From positions 5,979,634 to 6,024,956 of the forward strand of contig NC_068982.1 in NCBI RefSeq assembly GCF_001194135.2: 45,323 bases of DNA, in the 5' to 3' direction. A program made the position numbers and the translations under genes. Numbering within the stretch: position 1 is the stretch's first letter; each line of letters starts with the position of its first letter. The notes under the pieces are model-generated. The model saw only the letters and a program-made list of their open reading frames with translations, did not search any database and was not told the origin of the DNA. Shown one piece after another: positions 19,909 through 32,376 of this stretch. The DNA comes from Octopus bimaculoides. Its lineage: Eukaryota.

Positions 19909-21715
19909 GTTTCATCCTCCTCCTTCGATCACCCTATGGTTTGTCGGAATTCCATTAACAATCCCTTTCCATACTACACGGTCCTACATTGCTGTGTTCA
20001 GGTCTCTAATATCCAGCCCTGAATCCCGAGATATAGTATCTGGAAATGTCAGTTTTCTGGAGAAAACACTTCCGGTGGGATGCCATAGGAGCAGGGATGA
20101 GACAACCTCTTTCTCTGCTCGATGACAGTGGCCAGCAGATTGTAGCCGTTTCCGCTTTAGCTTGAGGGATATTGGTATCAGATTTCCGTAGATGGTACTA
20201 AGTGTTGGGTGTGATCTCCAACTGATGTTCTGTACCTTTCTGAGTAGGTTGGTATATGTTCCATCTTGCTGTTTTTCTAAGAGAGCCAATGTCTTTGATC
20301 CATAGAGAAGGATTGGCTCAATCAGTGTTTCTAAATATCTGAACTTTTAACGTAGGTGGAAGGCTTGAATGCCAGATCTTATCAAGTCTGTTACATGCAT
20401 TCCATGCAAGAGCTTTGCGGATGCGAAAGTCCTTTTGGGAGTCTACTATGTGTGATCCAAGATATTTGAAGTCGTCAACGTTTTTGATTGATATATTATT
20501 GAGCGATTTAAGTTCAGTTAACTTGGCGGAAGTCGTAATAAACTCGTTGCAGTAAAAGCTGACCTGGTTTTCTGCTTTCTTCAGTGCTTGCAACAAAAAT
20601 TCTGCATCTTTAATACAATGGGATATCAAGGCAAGACCGTCAGCAAAGTAAAGATCAGTGAAATATTGTGCACAATGCCAACTGCTCTGGCGGGGTTTCA
20701 AAAGGAGTCCCTTTTCCTTCATACCGTTTTGGGAAATGCGCAGAACATAGTCGAGAGCAATGATGAACAAGAAAGGAACGAATGTGTCACCTTGAAGAAC
20801 AACTGCTTCAACTTCAAAGGAATCAGCCTCTCCATCAGGGGATATAAATGTGGCAGTGGTGTTTGTGTGCAGCGTTCTGGTAGCATCAACAATCCTGGGA
20901 GGAATACCACAGAGTGCAAGGATTTTAAACATAAGATCTCTGTTGATGGAATCAAATGCTTTGCGGAAGTCTTCAAAACAAACTGTGACACTCTTGGTAA
21001 ACTTTTTCATTTCTTCCAGGATGCGACGGATAGAGAAGGATTTGAGCAGTTGTTGACTGGCCCCTTCTAAATCCATTCTGATTCTTACGAAGAAGTGGAT
21101 CGAGCATAGGTACAATCCTATTAAGCAGAAATTTGTTATAAACTTTTGCTGCAATTGGGATCAGAGTAATGCCTTTATAATTTGCTGCACTTGTTAGATC
21201 ACTTTTTGTTTGGGACAGGGATAATTCCACCCTTCAACCAAGCTGATGGAAGCAAAGGATGTGCAGAAACCTAGTAATCATGAAATATTAGATCTTTCCA
21301 CAGTAATGTTGCTATGTTATCGAGTCCTGGACATTTATTGTCAGCAAAACTACAGAGAGCTACTTTGAGCTCATCCAATGTGAAAAGGTCTGTGTTGATG
21401 TCTAATACATTAGATATTTGGTGTAGAGGAAGTGGAAGACCGCTAGTTTGTGGTGGTTCTCCAAGAAGTTTCTGAAAGCCGTCAAACCAGTTTGCCTTGC
21501 ACTTCTCAGAGGAACCACCTTTAAGTCTGATGGATGGCTGAAATTTTTTTCCAGTCAGTGTGTTTATTAATTTCCATACTGCAGCATGTTGTTTTGCAGT
21601 ATGCAAGTTTGCAATTTTGTTAATCTCAGCTAGAATGTAATCTGTTTCTACATTGGCATATGCCTCACCTAGTGTTCCTTGAGCTTTGGAAGCATCTTTG
21701 AAGTTATTTTTAGTA
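19909..21715 (-). mobile_element. RTE-clade LINE, 5'-truncated and frameshifted (RT plus C-terminus, no endonuclease)
   Basis: KCPGLDNI, NYKGITLIPIAAKVYNK, NQNGFRRGQST, DFRKAFDSI, VLQGDT, FADG (degenerate YADD, 20636-20647), DFKYLGS, HPT..IYG..RLQSAGHC. Confidence 0.9.
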
Positions 21716-21908
21716 TAAAAGCACTAAGATAAATATAAACAGTCAGTTCACAACAATTGGACGAACAGATAAAGACTGAAACTACGTAGGTTTAACCACA
21801 CCCTTCATAAAGAATGTAATAATTAGAAAAACTGTATCAAAACACATAAATTTATACTCAAGTTCACTAATACATCAACTAACCAACAAACTAATGGCCT
21901 TCGGATCA

Positions 21909-22162
21909 GACGGTGGCGATCTGATAGGCTCGTTAGCACGCAGGGAAAAAATGATTAGCAGCATTTCGTTTGTCTCTGTGTTCTGAGCTCAAATCCCACC
22001 GAGGACTTCTTTGCCTTTCATCTTCTCGGGATCGATAAAATAAATACCAGTTGAACAATGGGCGTGATGTAATCGACTTAGTTCCTTCCCCGAAATCCCT
22101 TGGGTTAAAATGAGTCCCTTCCCTGAAATCGCTGGCGTTGGGTCAAAATTTGAAACGGATAT
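21909..22162 (+). mobile_element. SINE family A, diverged
   Basis: Family A pattern. Confidence 0.8.
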
Positions 22163-22179
22163 CTTCGGTTGACAGATTT

Positions 22180-23063
22180 TTTCATGAATAATGCGGGTTT
22201 TTTTATACTTCTTTTATTTTTCAAAAGCAAAGTTCGTTTTAAATCTAAAATATGCTATCCTTCCTTTTCTACAATACTCTTCTTTCCATCTGGTAGACTT
22301 GCAAGATCCCTCTTCCAAAATTCACTTGTCCACGATGAAAAATACTCGTTCAGTACTGATCTGGCCTCGTCTACAGAATTCAAATTTTTTCCGTCCAAAT
22401 GATTTTGAAGACTGCGGAATAAATGGGGCAATGTAGGGCGAATATGGTGCGTAGGGCATCGTTTTTCATCTGAACTGCTCCAGCCTTTGAAATGTCATCC
22501 TCGCCGTATGTGGAAGAACACCTTTCGTCTTGAAACCAAAGATGGTCATTTTTCCGATGGCATGCATGGTTGAATGGTTGAATGACCAAATTCAAGTTTC
22601 TCTGCTAGTTCCTCAACAGTTACGATGGGATTTCATTCCATCAGGGTTTGCAGGACGTCCTCGTCGAGTTCTACAGATCCTCCAAGACGAGGCTCGTTTT
22701 CTAGGCTCTAATTTTCGGTTCGGAATTTCTGGAACCCCTGTTCACACCGGCGTACACTTATGGCCCGATCCCCATATACTGCATTAATATTCCTCGCACT
22801 TTCCGTTGCGTTGTTGCTTTATTGATCTCACAAAGCAAAATATGCCGAATATGCTCCTTTGTCACTTCCAATATAGCTTCGAAAAAAAAAAAAAAAACTT
22901 AAAATCGAAATGCACACTTCAAAACTTGCACTAAGAATAAGTAGGATGTAAAATTACTACCTGCTTTTATAGCAAGTTGATGCAGGTAGTTTATCCCATC
23001 CCCCTCCGACTTTTAGTTCATGCAATTGATAAAACAACATTATTTATAGGATGACCAAATATA
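22180..23063 (-). mobile_element. Mariner (Tc1/mariner) non-autonomous deletion derivative
   Basis: EVTKEHIRHILL..NNATESARNINAVYGD..VEELAEKL joined to PHTARMTFQRLEQF..PYAPYSPYIAP. Right TIR ..CATTATTTATAGGATGACCAAATA+TA; left TIR partial (CATGAATAATGCGG). Confidence 0.85.
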
Positions 23064-23294
23064 TACTAGACTGGAGTGAGATAAGTCTATTGGCGAAAAC
23101 AGTTGTTAACCAGATACAATAACAATTAATGAAATGAATGCAAGAAATATATCATTTACATATTTAGTGAGGCATCCAATTAGAATGGCTCGGATTCCAG
23201 AGGTAAAACAACCACAACACGTCATGGTTATTTTGCAGTTACTTACTGGCAATGTATCGCATTTAATCTATAGTATGGCTGTGCGATGACGTAA

Positions 23295-23734
23295 TAAGTA
23301 GTTGTAGTAGTAGTAGCAGCAGTAGTAGTCGTAGTAGTAACAGCAGCAGTAACAGTAGTAGTACCAGTAGTAGTAGTAGTAGTANNNNNNNNNNNNNNNN
23401 NNNNNNNNNNNNNNNNNNNNNNNNNNNNNNNNNNNNNNNNNNNNNNNNNNNNNNNNNNNNNNNNNNNNNNNNNNNNNNNNNNNNNNNNNNNNNNNNNNNN
23501 NNNNNNNNNNNNNNNNNNNNNNNNNNNNNNNNNNNNNNNNNNNNNNNNNNAGTAGTAGTTGTAGTAAAAGTAGTAAGTAGCAGTAATAATAGTAGTTGTA
23601 GTAGTAGTAGCAGCAGTATTTGTAGCAGTATTAGTTGTAATAGTAGTAGTAGTAGTGGTAGTGGCAATAATAGTAGTAGTAGTAGCAGCAGTAGTAGTCG
23701 TAGTAGTAACAGCAGCAGTAACAGTAGTAGTACC

Positions 23735-23765
<31 letters not shown>

Positions 23766-23766
23766 A

Positions 23767-23844
<78 letters not shown>

Positions 23845-23856
23845 TAGTAGTAGTAC
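23295..23856. repeat. (TAG)n microsatellite with gap
   Basis: Direct reading. Confidence 0.95.
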
Positions 23857-24256
23857 CTTGACGAATGTATAAGAAATCGATTTACGCAGCCAGAGAACTT
23901 AGTTTTCACTTAGTTCCCAACCTTTTCACAACCAAAGACCCCTTTTATTCAAATGAGTGTTTTTTTTTTGAACGGATCCCAGTATATTGAAAGGTCTGTC
24001 AGTTTAACATGATGAAGGACCCCCCAGTACTACCTTTGCGGACCACAGGTTGGGAACCACTGACATAGGGTCTTCGCGCTTGGCTATATTCCACAGTGAT
24101 TTACAACTTTGAGAAAGATGGTTGTTCTGTGTCAGGTGAGTTTATGCAGGCCAATGAGAGAATCAGAATCTAACAGACTAGTTCCCAAAATGTGGTCAGC
24201 GGGCACCTGGTGGTCCGCAAATGTCGTTCTGGGAGTTCTTGAACTAAATTCAAAAC

Positions 24257-24258
<2 letters not shown>

Positions 24259-24330
<72 letters not shown>
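24259..24330. repeat. (CA)n(TA)n microsatellite
   Basis: Direct reading. Confidence 0.95.
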
Positions 24331-24334
<4 letters not shown>

Positions 24335-24532
24335 CGCCAAACACACATACAAGACTGGAGATGAAGAAAAAAGGTTGGTCATTCCCCTAACATTCTGTCT
24401 AAACACTTAAATATGATTTCTCATGAAGCTTTGACTAAGCAATACACGCTTTCTCCCATCAAATACTGTCTACAAATTCTTTCACTATATATGCTTATAT
24501 ACAATCACGATTTTTCATGAACTTATAGCAGA

Positions 24533-24732
24533 CAAGTGTGGTTGTGTGGTAAGAAGCTTCCTTCGCAAACACATGGTTCCGGGTTCAGTCCCACTGCATG
24601 GCACATATGGTCGTGATGCGTGAGCCAGGTGTACCATTATCAGACGGGTAATCATGATGGGTATATTGGGTTTCGTATATGTCTCTTTGATGGCATGCGC
24701 TGCTCTCTCAATAATAATAATAATAATAATTA
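24533..24732 (+). mobile_element. SINE family B head fused to an unrelated (AAT)n-tailed retroposon 3' end
   Basis: Family B head to about 24601, then CATATGG..ATCAGACGGGTA..GCTCTCTCA(ATA)n. Confidence 0.55.
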
Positions 24733-24737
24733 TAATC

Positions 24738-24947
24738 TTTTCTATTATTGGCACAAGGCCTGAAATCTAGGGGAGAGGATAGTCGATTACATCGACCACA
24801 ATGCGTAACCGGTACTTATTTAATCGACCCCAAAAGGATGAAGGGCAAAGTCGACCTCGGCGGAATTTGAACTCAAAGCGTAGCAGCAGGCGAAATACCG
24901 CTAAGCATTTGCCCGGCGTGCTAACGATTCTGCCAGCTCGCCGCCTT
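24738..24947 (-). mobile_element. SINE family A
   Basis: Full pattern; its 5' end abuts (AAC)n. Confidence 0.9.
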
Positions 24948-24948
24948 T

Positions 24949-25173
<225 letters not shown>

Positions 25174-25174
<1 letters not shown>

Positions 25175-25660
25175 GCGCTGCACTGGATAGTGTGCGAAAA
25201 ACGGGGGCTAGAGAGAGGTAAGACGTGGTGTGAGCACAAAGTATAGAGAGTGGCGGAGTCGGAGACCTGCAACATCCTCTGGGAATTCTCAATTCAAACA
25301 TATTAGGTACTAGTGTATCTCAGGTGCTAACGCATAACAGACCGGACCTAGTGCGGTGGACAAGATGTGCTATATAGTTGATGTTGCGTGCCCACTTGAC
25401 CCACGAGTAGTCAATAATGAAGGCGAAAAGATAGATATGTACAATCCCCTTGAGTATGAAATAGCCCGGCTTTGGAAAATAAGATAGTGCCAATTATTGT
25501 TGGGTCCTTGGGGACATTATCAGAATGTATCAAGAGGGATATAAAAGAAATCGAAATAGACAACATGGTGCTGTAGGCTGCAAGCAGTAAGACCTCTTAC
25601 TCATGCAAGACTCCAAGAGTTCCAATAAAACCCGAGAGAAAAAGAATAGATGATAATAAC
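25174..25660 (+). mobile_element. R4/Dong-like REL endonuclease fragment and 3' end
   Basis: ALHWIVCEKRG..WCEHK..ILWEFSIQ, HNRPDLV, VDK.CYIVDVACPLD..EGEKIDMY..LWK, VPIIVGSLG, i.e. the PD-(D/E)xK REL motif. Frameshifted. Confidence 0.8.
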
Positions 25661-25699
25661 ACGCAATAAATCACAAATAAACAACAACAACATAAACAA

Positions 25700-25818
25700 T
25701 AATCCTTTCTGATAAAGGTACAAAGCCTAAAATTTTAAGTCGATTACATTGAACCAATGTTCGACTGGTACTAATTTTATCAATCTCGAAAGGACGAAAG
25801 GCAAAGTCGATCTCAACA
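25700..25818 (-). mobile_element. SINE family A 3' fragment
   Basis: Core and tail in reverse. Confidence 0.75.
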
Positions 25819-26587
25819 ATAATAATAATAATGATGATGATAATAATGATAATAATAATAAAATAATAATAACCGACTCTTTATTTGTCCCAAGAGCGAC
25901 GAATGGGGAGACGTTCGTTTTAAGGTAATTGATATTTTTATCTAGTGAGTGAAAATAAATAATTCAATGTATATANNNNNNNNNNNNNNNNNNNNNNNNN
26001 NNNNNNNNNNNNNNNNNNNNNNNNNNNNNNNNNNNNNNNNNNNNNNNNNNNNNNNNNNNNNNNNNNNNNNNNNNNNNNNNNNNNNNNNNNNNNNNNNNNN
26101 NNNNNNNNNNNNNNNNNNNNNNNNNNNNNNNNNNNNNNNNNNNNNNNNNNNNNNNNNNNNNNNNNNNNNNNNNNNNNNNNNNNNNNNNNNNNNNNNNNNN
26201 NNNNNNNNNNNNNNNNNNNNNNNNNNNNNNNNNNNNNNNNNNNNNNNNNNNNNNNNNNNNNNNNNNNNNNNNNNNNNNNNNNNNNNNNNNNNNNNNNNNN
26301 NNNNNNNNNNNNNNNNNNNNNNNNNNNNNNNNNNNNNNNNNNNNNNNNNNNNNNNNNNNNNNNNNNNNNNNNNNNNNNNNNNNGAGTAAAATGGGGGCAC
26401 CCCCAAGAATTCCTAAACAATAACGATAATAATAGAAATATGGGTAATTTGTTTTAAGATCTGGAAAAAATGTGGGAAGGCTGTAAAGCAAGATAGTAAG
26501 GGGAGGAGGAGACTACAACAGTTATGGCAATTTGATTGAGAAAACTATTCTCAGACATTTAGTTCGAGAGGCTGTTGTCTTTACATG

Positions 26588-26924
26588 TTTCTACTTTTCT
26601 ACTCTAGGTACAAGGCTCGAAATTTTGCGCGAGGGGGACAGTCGATTAGATCGATCCCAGTACGCTACTGGTACTTAATTTATCGACCCCGGAAGGATGA
26701 AAGGCAAATCTGAACTCAGAACGTAAAGACAGACGAAATACTGCTAAGCAGTTCGTCCGGCGTGCTAACGTCTCTTATTTCTTTATTGCCCACCAGGGGC
26801 TAAACATAGAGGTGACAAACAAGGACCGATTATATCGACTCCAGTGTGTAACTGGTACTTATTTCATCGACCCCGAAAGGATGAAAGGTAAAGTTGACTT
26901 CGGCAGAATTTGAACTCAGAACAT
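26588..26924 (-). mobile_element. Dimeric SINE family A (left monomer cut by a gap)
   Basis: Same tail-2/monomer-2 junction as 36902-37332. Confidence 0.8.
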
Positions 26925-26948
26925 NNNNNNNNNNTTCGTATGTGTGTA

Positions 26949-26987
26949 ACATACATACATGCATACATACATACATACATACATACA

Positions 26988-27017
<30 letters not shown>
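26949..27017. repeat. (CATA)n microsatellite
   Basis: Direct reading. Confidence 0.95.
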
Positions 27018-27018
<1 letters not shown>

Positions 27019-27088
27019 CCAATCCATCACGGGAACTGTAAGAATCTGTAAAACTTTCCAGAAGTTCATCATTTAAATATATGTGAGC

Positions 27089-27579
27089 ACTAGCTTAAGA
27101 GCCGCCCCCGGACAGCTTTTAAACTAGTGTGTAGCTTTTGAGCAACTGAGTCTGAATGAGAAGATCTGCAAACAGATCTCTTACCTGTTTCGGAGAATTT
27201 CTTGCAATCGCTTCCTTCAGAGTCCATATCCCGAGGATGATCCGATTCGTTGCCAAAAAAATCATGTAAAAGAAATCGCAGCGTTTTAAGTAAGCTTAAT
27301 CTCGATGGCATTAGCTCCGATATCGGAAGTGCTGTGGGAATCAAATGTGCAGTCCTGTGGGAATCAAATGTGCAGTCCTGTGGGAATCAAACAATCGCTG
27401 TAATGAAAACATAGGAATCCAAAATTTCAGAATTGCAAGTCCGGATTCGGCCTGGAATGTTTGTAATTTACTCACGGAATCAGCCTGATTCCAAAATGGT
27501 ATGATATGTTGGGTCACGGCCTCTAGGAGTAAAGTTGAAAAAGTGTGACACACTGACATTCACATTTATTATATTAGAT
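27089..27579 (+). mobile_element. Composite repeat: PLE-RT-like segment (27283-27338), 23-bp tandem repeat (27332-27391), possible Helitron/Helentron-type ends
   Basis: 56 bp match 30895-30950 in inverted orientation with 3 mismatches. ACTAG start and TTTATTATATTAGAT end; that end motif recurs near 28140-28153. Confidence 0.35.
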
Positions 27580-27808
27580 ATGTTTAATTTTGGGGAAACT
27601 ATATTTCATTAAAATGCATTTTATATATACATGTGTGTGTGTACATGTATATGTTTATATGTATACACACACATAAACACACACACATATGTAGTAAAGA
27701 AAGCAAAAAATAAAACAAAAATAATAGAGTTCAGTAGTTGGTTCAGTATGCTGGCCACAGGAATTTCTGTCCTAGTTGTACATATTCTCCGTCTTTCTCT
27801 CACATAGC

Positions 27809-27811
<3 letters not shown>

Positions 27812-27860
<49 letters not shown>
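27812..27860. repeat. (CT)n microsatellite
   Basis: Direct reading. Confidence 0.95.
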
Positions 27861-27865
<5 letters not shown>

Positions 27866-28741
27866 CCTCTCTCTTCCTCTCTCCTATTATTACTCCCATT
27901 GCCACGATCAACACCACTACTTTTAATAAAACATCATCAACTCTCCCTAAATTTCTTTGTCTCTCTTTCTCTCCCTCTCCTTTTCTTTCTTTCTCTCTTT
28001 CTTCCTGTATGTCCTCGTTACCAACTTCACCGTCTTTATGCCTACTATTATTCTCACCCCATCACGAGGAAGTGTTATTGAGTAGTGAGAGAGGGGCGTC
28101 TAAGTGTGACACACTAACACACAAAAATTATGTTCCCCATTTATTATATTAGATGTCTAGATATGCAACTATATGCACGAGAATACATATATAAAGCAAA
28201 ACATACAAATCTGCACACATACATACATACATACATACAAAAATACTCTGTCGTTGATGTTGAAATTCCAATGAAGGAGCCATGAATCTCGGTTAGAAAC
28301 CGGCTCTTCCTCTATTGGCAAGATATCTTGAAATAAAACCGAACAATGACATACATGCATACGTACTTTAATAAATGTCTAAGTGACAATGTGGATAAGC
28401 ATTGATTTTCAGAAAAATAAATCCACCAACTAACTCGCACAAATACAATCTGTAATCTATACAGTAAAACTATGCAAGACTTTTCTCAAGTTTAATATGT
28501 GACATTGTTTTTATTATTTATATTCCAGCGATGGAGCTTTGTATCTTTGTTAGAAACCAGCTATTTTATCTGCGGAGGCATTTGGATAATTAAAAACAAA
28601 AGACAACATACATACACGCATGTATATATGATATACAGAAAATACATCATGCGTATGTACATATACATAAGTATATGAGTCTATCTATATAGATATATGC
28701 ACACATTCGTATATGTACATATATGAAAGTGTGCATATAAA

Positions 28742-28742
<1 letters not shown>

Positions 28743-28792
<50 letters not shown>

Positions 28793-29273
28793 TTTATAAT
28801 TATATACATAATTATAACAAGGGGTCGACTTTATGCCTCTCCACGCACTGTAAGAAATAGACGCTAAAGTCTTTTTTACTACCTTAAAATCTCCGAGGAT
28901 AACACACTTTATTGTAGGCAAGCAAAAGAAGAATAATGAATCAACAGGGCTGATTAACTATGGACGTGTTTCGAACTTAAAGTAAAAGATAATTTTACTC
29001 ATTGTTACTCTTCAGCATAGTATTTCGTATAAGTTCACGACTATTTCAAAACATGCACGCAATCAGCATCATCGTATGTCCAATATCTATCCACACTCGT
29101 AAAAATATACTGCCAAGTATAATTCATATCCTTTTTTTTATATATATATACTCACGTGTATGTTAAGATCTAGACCGCAGTAAATGTAGTTTCGATCATG
29201 GAGTGAATTTATTCAAATATTATTTTTATAATAAAGGGTAAAATCCATAATAATTTTACCCTTTATAATTAAA

Positions 29274-29338
<65 letters not shown>

Positions 29339-29505
29339 CATCTATACAAATACATATACACGTGCACATATATGTATGTAAATAAATATATTTATATATA
29401 CATATCATATATTTACAGACGTGCATTCTCCTATAACTACACACAAATATACATACATACATACATACATACATACCTACATACATACATACATACATAC
29501 ATATA
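28743..29505. repeat. (TATC)n at 28743-28790 and 29275-29340; (CATA)n at 29448-29505
   Basis: Direct reading. Confidence 0.9.
28957..29021 (-). ncRNA. Type I hammerhead ribozyme, canonical core, minimal helix III
   Basis: ACUAUG CUGAAGA G..GAGUAAAA-UUAUC-UUUUACUU..C GAAA C AC GU C^CAUAGU. Helix I 6 bp. GUC triplet, predicted cut between 28963 and 28962. Confidence 0.7.
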
Positions 29506-29604
29506 CTCATATTCCGATTGTCTACAGTTACTTATGTAGAGGAAACTAAAATTTGATTCGATAACAATTGGTGGCCAGATAAAACTACGTAGTTAAGTGG
29601 ATGT

Positions 29605-29687
29605 TATAAATATCAGCAGGTACCAGCGGCGTCGCCATTGGTTATGCACCAGTACGAGCCATTATCAGCAGACGTCATGCAAGTAAG
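29605..29687 (+). promoter_or_regulatory. Candidate TATA promoter plus first exon, or a 63-nt internal exon (29620-29682)
   Basis: TATAAATA 29605-29612; CA initiator-like site at about +32; ATGs at 29644 and 29677; CAA|GTAAG donor after 29682; alternative CAG acceptor ending 29619. GC-richer, non-repetitive island. Confidence 0.4.
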
Positions 29688-30062
29688 AAAGGAAATCCCT
29701 TAGAACAAATAAAAAAAAAAAGAAGAAAAAAAAAATATATATAAATTTAAGAGGCAAGTATTTAGGTTAAGAATACGGATCTGAAACTGTTATCAATAGA
29801 AGGTTTATAAACTAAATCTCATCTCCTTTCTGACTACTTTATTTGATAGATACAACACCACCACCTCTCTAATTGACCGACTTCTGATAAAAACCAGATT
29901 CTCAACCGTAACAATATACGAATAGTGATTTCACTTTTGGTGATTAGTAATGTATTCTTAAAATCGTGCCCTAAAAGTATCATATTAGGCATAGTAGGGA
30001 AAAATGAAGAAAAGAGACATAAAACTGCAACTGATGGCGCCAACTTATTTTGCATTGAGAGC

Positions 30063-30091
30063 TCACGTGATAGCTTTAATAAATCACGTGA
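30063..30091. promoter_or_regulatory. Pair of TCACGTGA E-boxes 21 bp apart
   Basis: 30063-30070 and 30084-30091. Confidence 0.3.
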
Positions 30092-30329
30092 TCAAATTAA
30101 TAGCGCAATTTTTTTCTTTCCCAACCCTAATATCAGTTTGTTAAACATGCTATGAGTTATTTTCAAATAATTACTGGCTACTGCGAACAGACTCACCAAT
30201 CAATAAATTCTTTGAAAGAATGCCGAAATTTCAAAGATAATATCTCACGGTGCAACATTCTCATCTTTTTCATCTAAAGTAACATGGCTTCAGTTTAGTA
30301 AACACATCTCACGACAAATTCTACACTCG

Positions 30330-31340
30330 TTTACCTGTCTCGCAATCTACGGTTATGCCCGAAATATCAACCCTGTTAAGCTAGTGATAACATTTATTTG
30401 ATAATGTTAATAAGGTTCTACCTGAGCTTATCCATGGTGTGTTCGTTCATATGTTTGAGATTCCCAGACCGTTATCCTCATGCAAGGTGGAATTGCGATG
30501 TGTGTAATCTTTTAGAACATCTTGGATAAATAACCCAAGGCCAATGCCCTCATCTTGGGTAAACAACACAACAAGGCCAAGGCCCTCATCTTGGATAAAT
30601 AACCCAACAAGGCCAAGGCCCTCATCTTGGATAAATAATCCAACAAGGCCAAGGCTCTCATCTCCATGGACATAACGAACAAAGAGTAATTTTTTTCTTA
30701 CCAGAATAGAATCATTGTGAAACGAGTTGATATCGTGATCACCAATTCGAAAGAGTTGTCTATAGACAGTAAAAAAAAACATTAAGAGGAATTTCGATAG
30801 TGTAAAGTAGAAATTCATGCTATCGAGCTGAGAAAACTTTTGTTCTCGTGCGAAACCACTTGATTCTCACAGCACTGCAATCTCATTGAGTAAGCCCATA
30901 GCACTTCTGATATCGGAGCTAATGCCATCGGGATTAAGCTTACTTAAAACACTTATTTCGCTCTTGAGAAAAATTGTTTAACCTTCATTTAGAAATTGAA
31001 GGGTGGAAAGCTTGTGGTCCTTAAGCGTGATGTAGTTGGGATGGCGAGGCGGTACCCACAATCCTCTATTTTCAGGAAGGTAGCTTGCTCTTTCACTTCA
31101 ATGTTTATTTCATTTCGTCTTGAGACTCTGGCTTTCTTTTATGTTCTAGTAACTCCATTTGCAAAGATTTCTTTATGTATGGAAGTGTTTGTTTCAAATA
31201 TGTTCTTTCTGTTGCCATCAAGAACATATATGATAATTGATTATCTAAATTGTTTCAAACTACTGTTGAAAGAGTTTAGGACGTGGTTAGAAGAATCTTA
31301 CCTTTTTGATGTATCGTCTGTTGGACTGTTATAACGCCAC
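30330..31340 (-). mobile_element. Penelope-like RT remnant
   Basis: NGVTRT*KKA..INIEVKEQA, YITLKDHK (31011-31031), QLDSMNFY..VRKKLLF, LVGLFI repeats, LHEDNGLGI (degenerate YRDDGL), MDKLR*NLI, VDISGITVD. Confidence 0.75.
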
Positions 31341-31416
31341 TCCGGTATAACAGCATAGTTAGACAAGTAGGAACGCGACTATGTATATGACCGTCTACCC
31401 AACTGACACTCTCCTC

Positions 31417-32160
31417 GAGTACCAGTTGAGCATTGAGATCGATGTAATCGACTTAACACCTCCCCACAAATTGCTGTCCTTGTGCCAAAATTTGAAACCA
31501 TTATTAAAGGCAGTCAGCTAGTAAAGTTACAAACGCGCCGGAGGGAAATGCTTCGAATAATCTCTCAGAGCTCCTTACGCTCCGAGTTCAAATTCAGCCG
31601 AAATCAACTTTCTCTTGTATCTTTTCGGAATCGATAAAAAGAAGTTCCAGTCGAGCACTGGGGGTCAATGTAATCGACTGACCTCCTCCCTGTGAAATTG
31701 CAGACTTTGTACCTAGAGTAGAAAGAATTATGGCGAGCTGGCAGAGTCGTTAGTACATTGGACAAAATGCTTAGAGGTATTTCGACGGTTGCTACGTTCT
31801 GAGTTCAAATTCCACCGAAGTCGAATTTGCCTTTCATCCTATCGGGAGTCAATAAATTAAGTACCAGTTACGTACTGGGGTCGATGTAATCGACTAGTCT
31901 CCTCCCCCAAATTTCAGGCCTTGTGTCTAGAGTAGAAAAGATTATTATGGCTGACCGAAAAGTAAACGCATCGGAGAAAATGCTGAACGGCATTTCTTCC
32001 TGCTCTTCATGTTCTGAGCTCAAATCCCATAGAGGTCAACATTACCTTTAATCCTTTAGAGGTCGATAAAATAAAGCACCAGTCGCATAACGGGGTCGAT
32101 GCAATCGACTGACTCTTCCCCAAATTACTGGCCTTGTGCCAAAATTTGAAACAATTATGA
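31417..32160 (+). mobile_element. Head-to-tail array of four SINE family A units
   Basis: Units at about 31417-31505, 31506-31730, 31731-31947 and 31948-32160, diverged from each other. Confidence 0.85.
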
Positions 32161-32376
32161 TCGTTGTCGTTAATTTGGTCTGTAACATATAGTAACAAAA
32201 TACGTAATAATTCAGTAATTAATGGAATAGATTACAGGAACAATTTTGTTAATTACTCTTGTTAACATAATATTTTGTATCATCAAGTCCCAGTTTTTGA
32301 AATGTCAGTTTTTAAAGGCAATGGTCTCAAAGTTAATTGTATTATTATTGTTGTTGTTGTTGTTGTTGTTATTGTC

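Noticed and set aside
20588-21070. Antisense or alternate-frame ORFs over retroelements (also 40319-40912, 43485-43898, 12537-12932)
   Set aside because: Shadow frames of LINE coding sequence.
23309-23752. 75-bp variant block repeated on both sides of the gap in the (TAG)n tract
   Set aside because: Probably scaffolding redundancy within a microsatellite.
31417-32160. Regularly spaced repeats resembling a CRISPR array
   Set aside because: Units are ~220-bp SINE copies without unique spacers, in a eukaryotic context with no cas genes.
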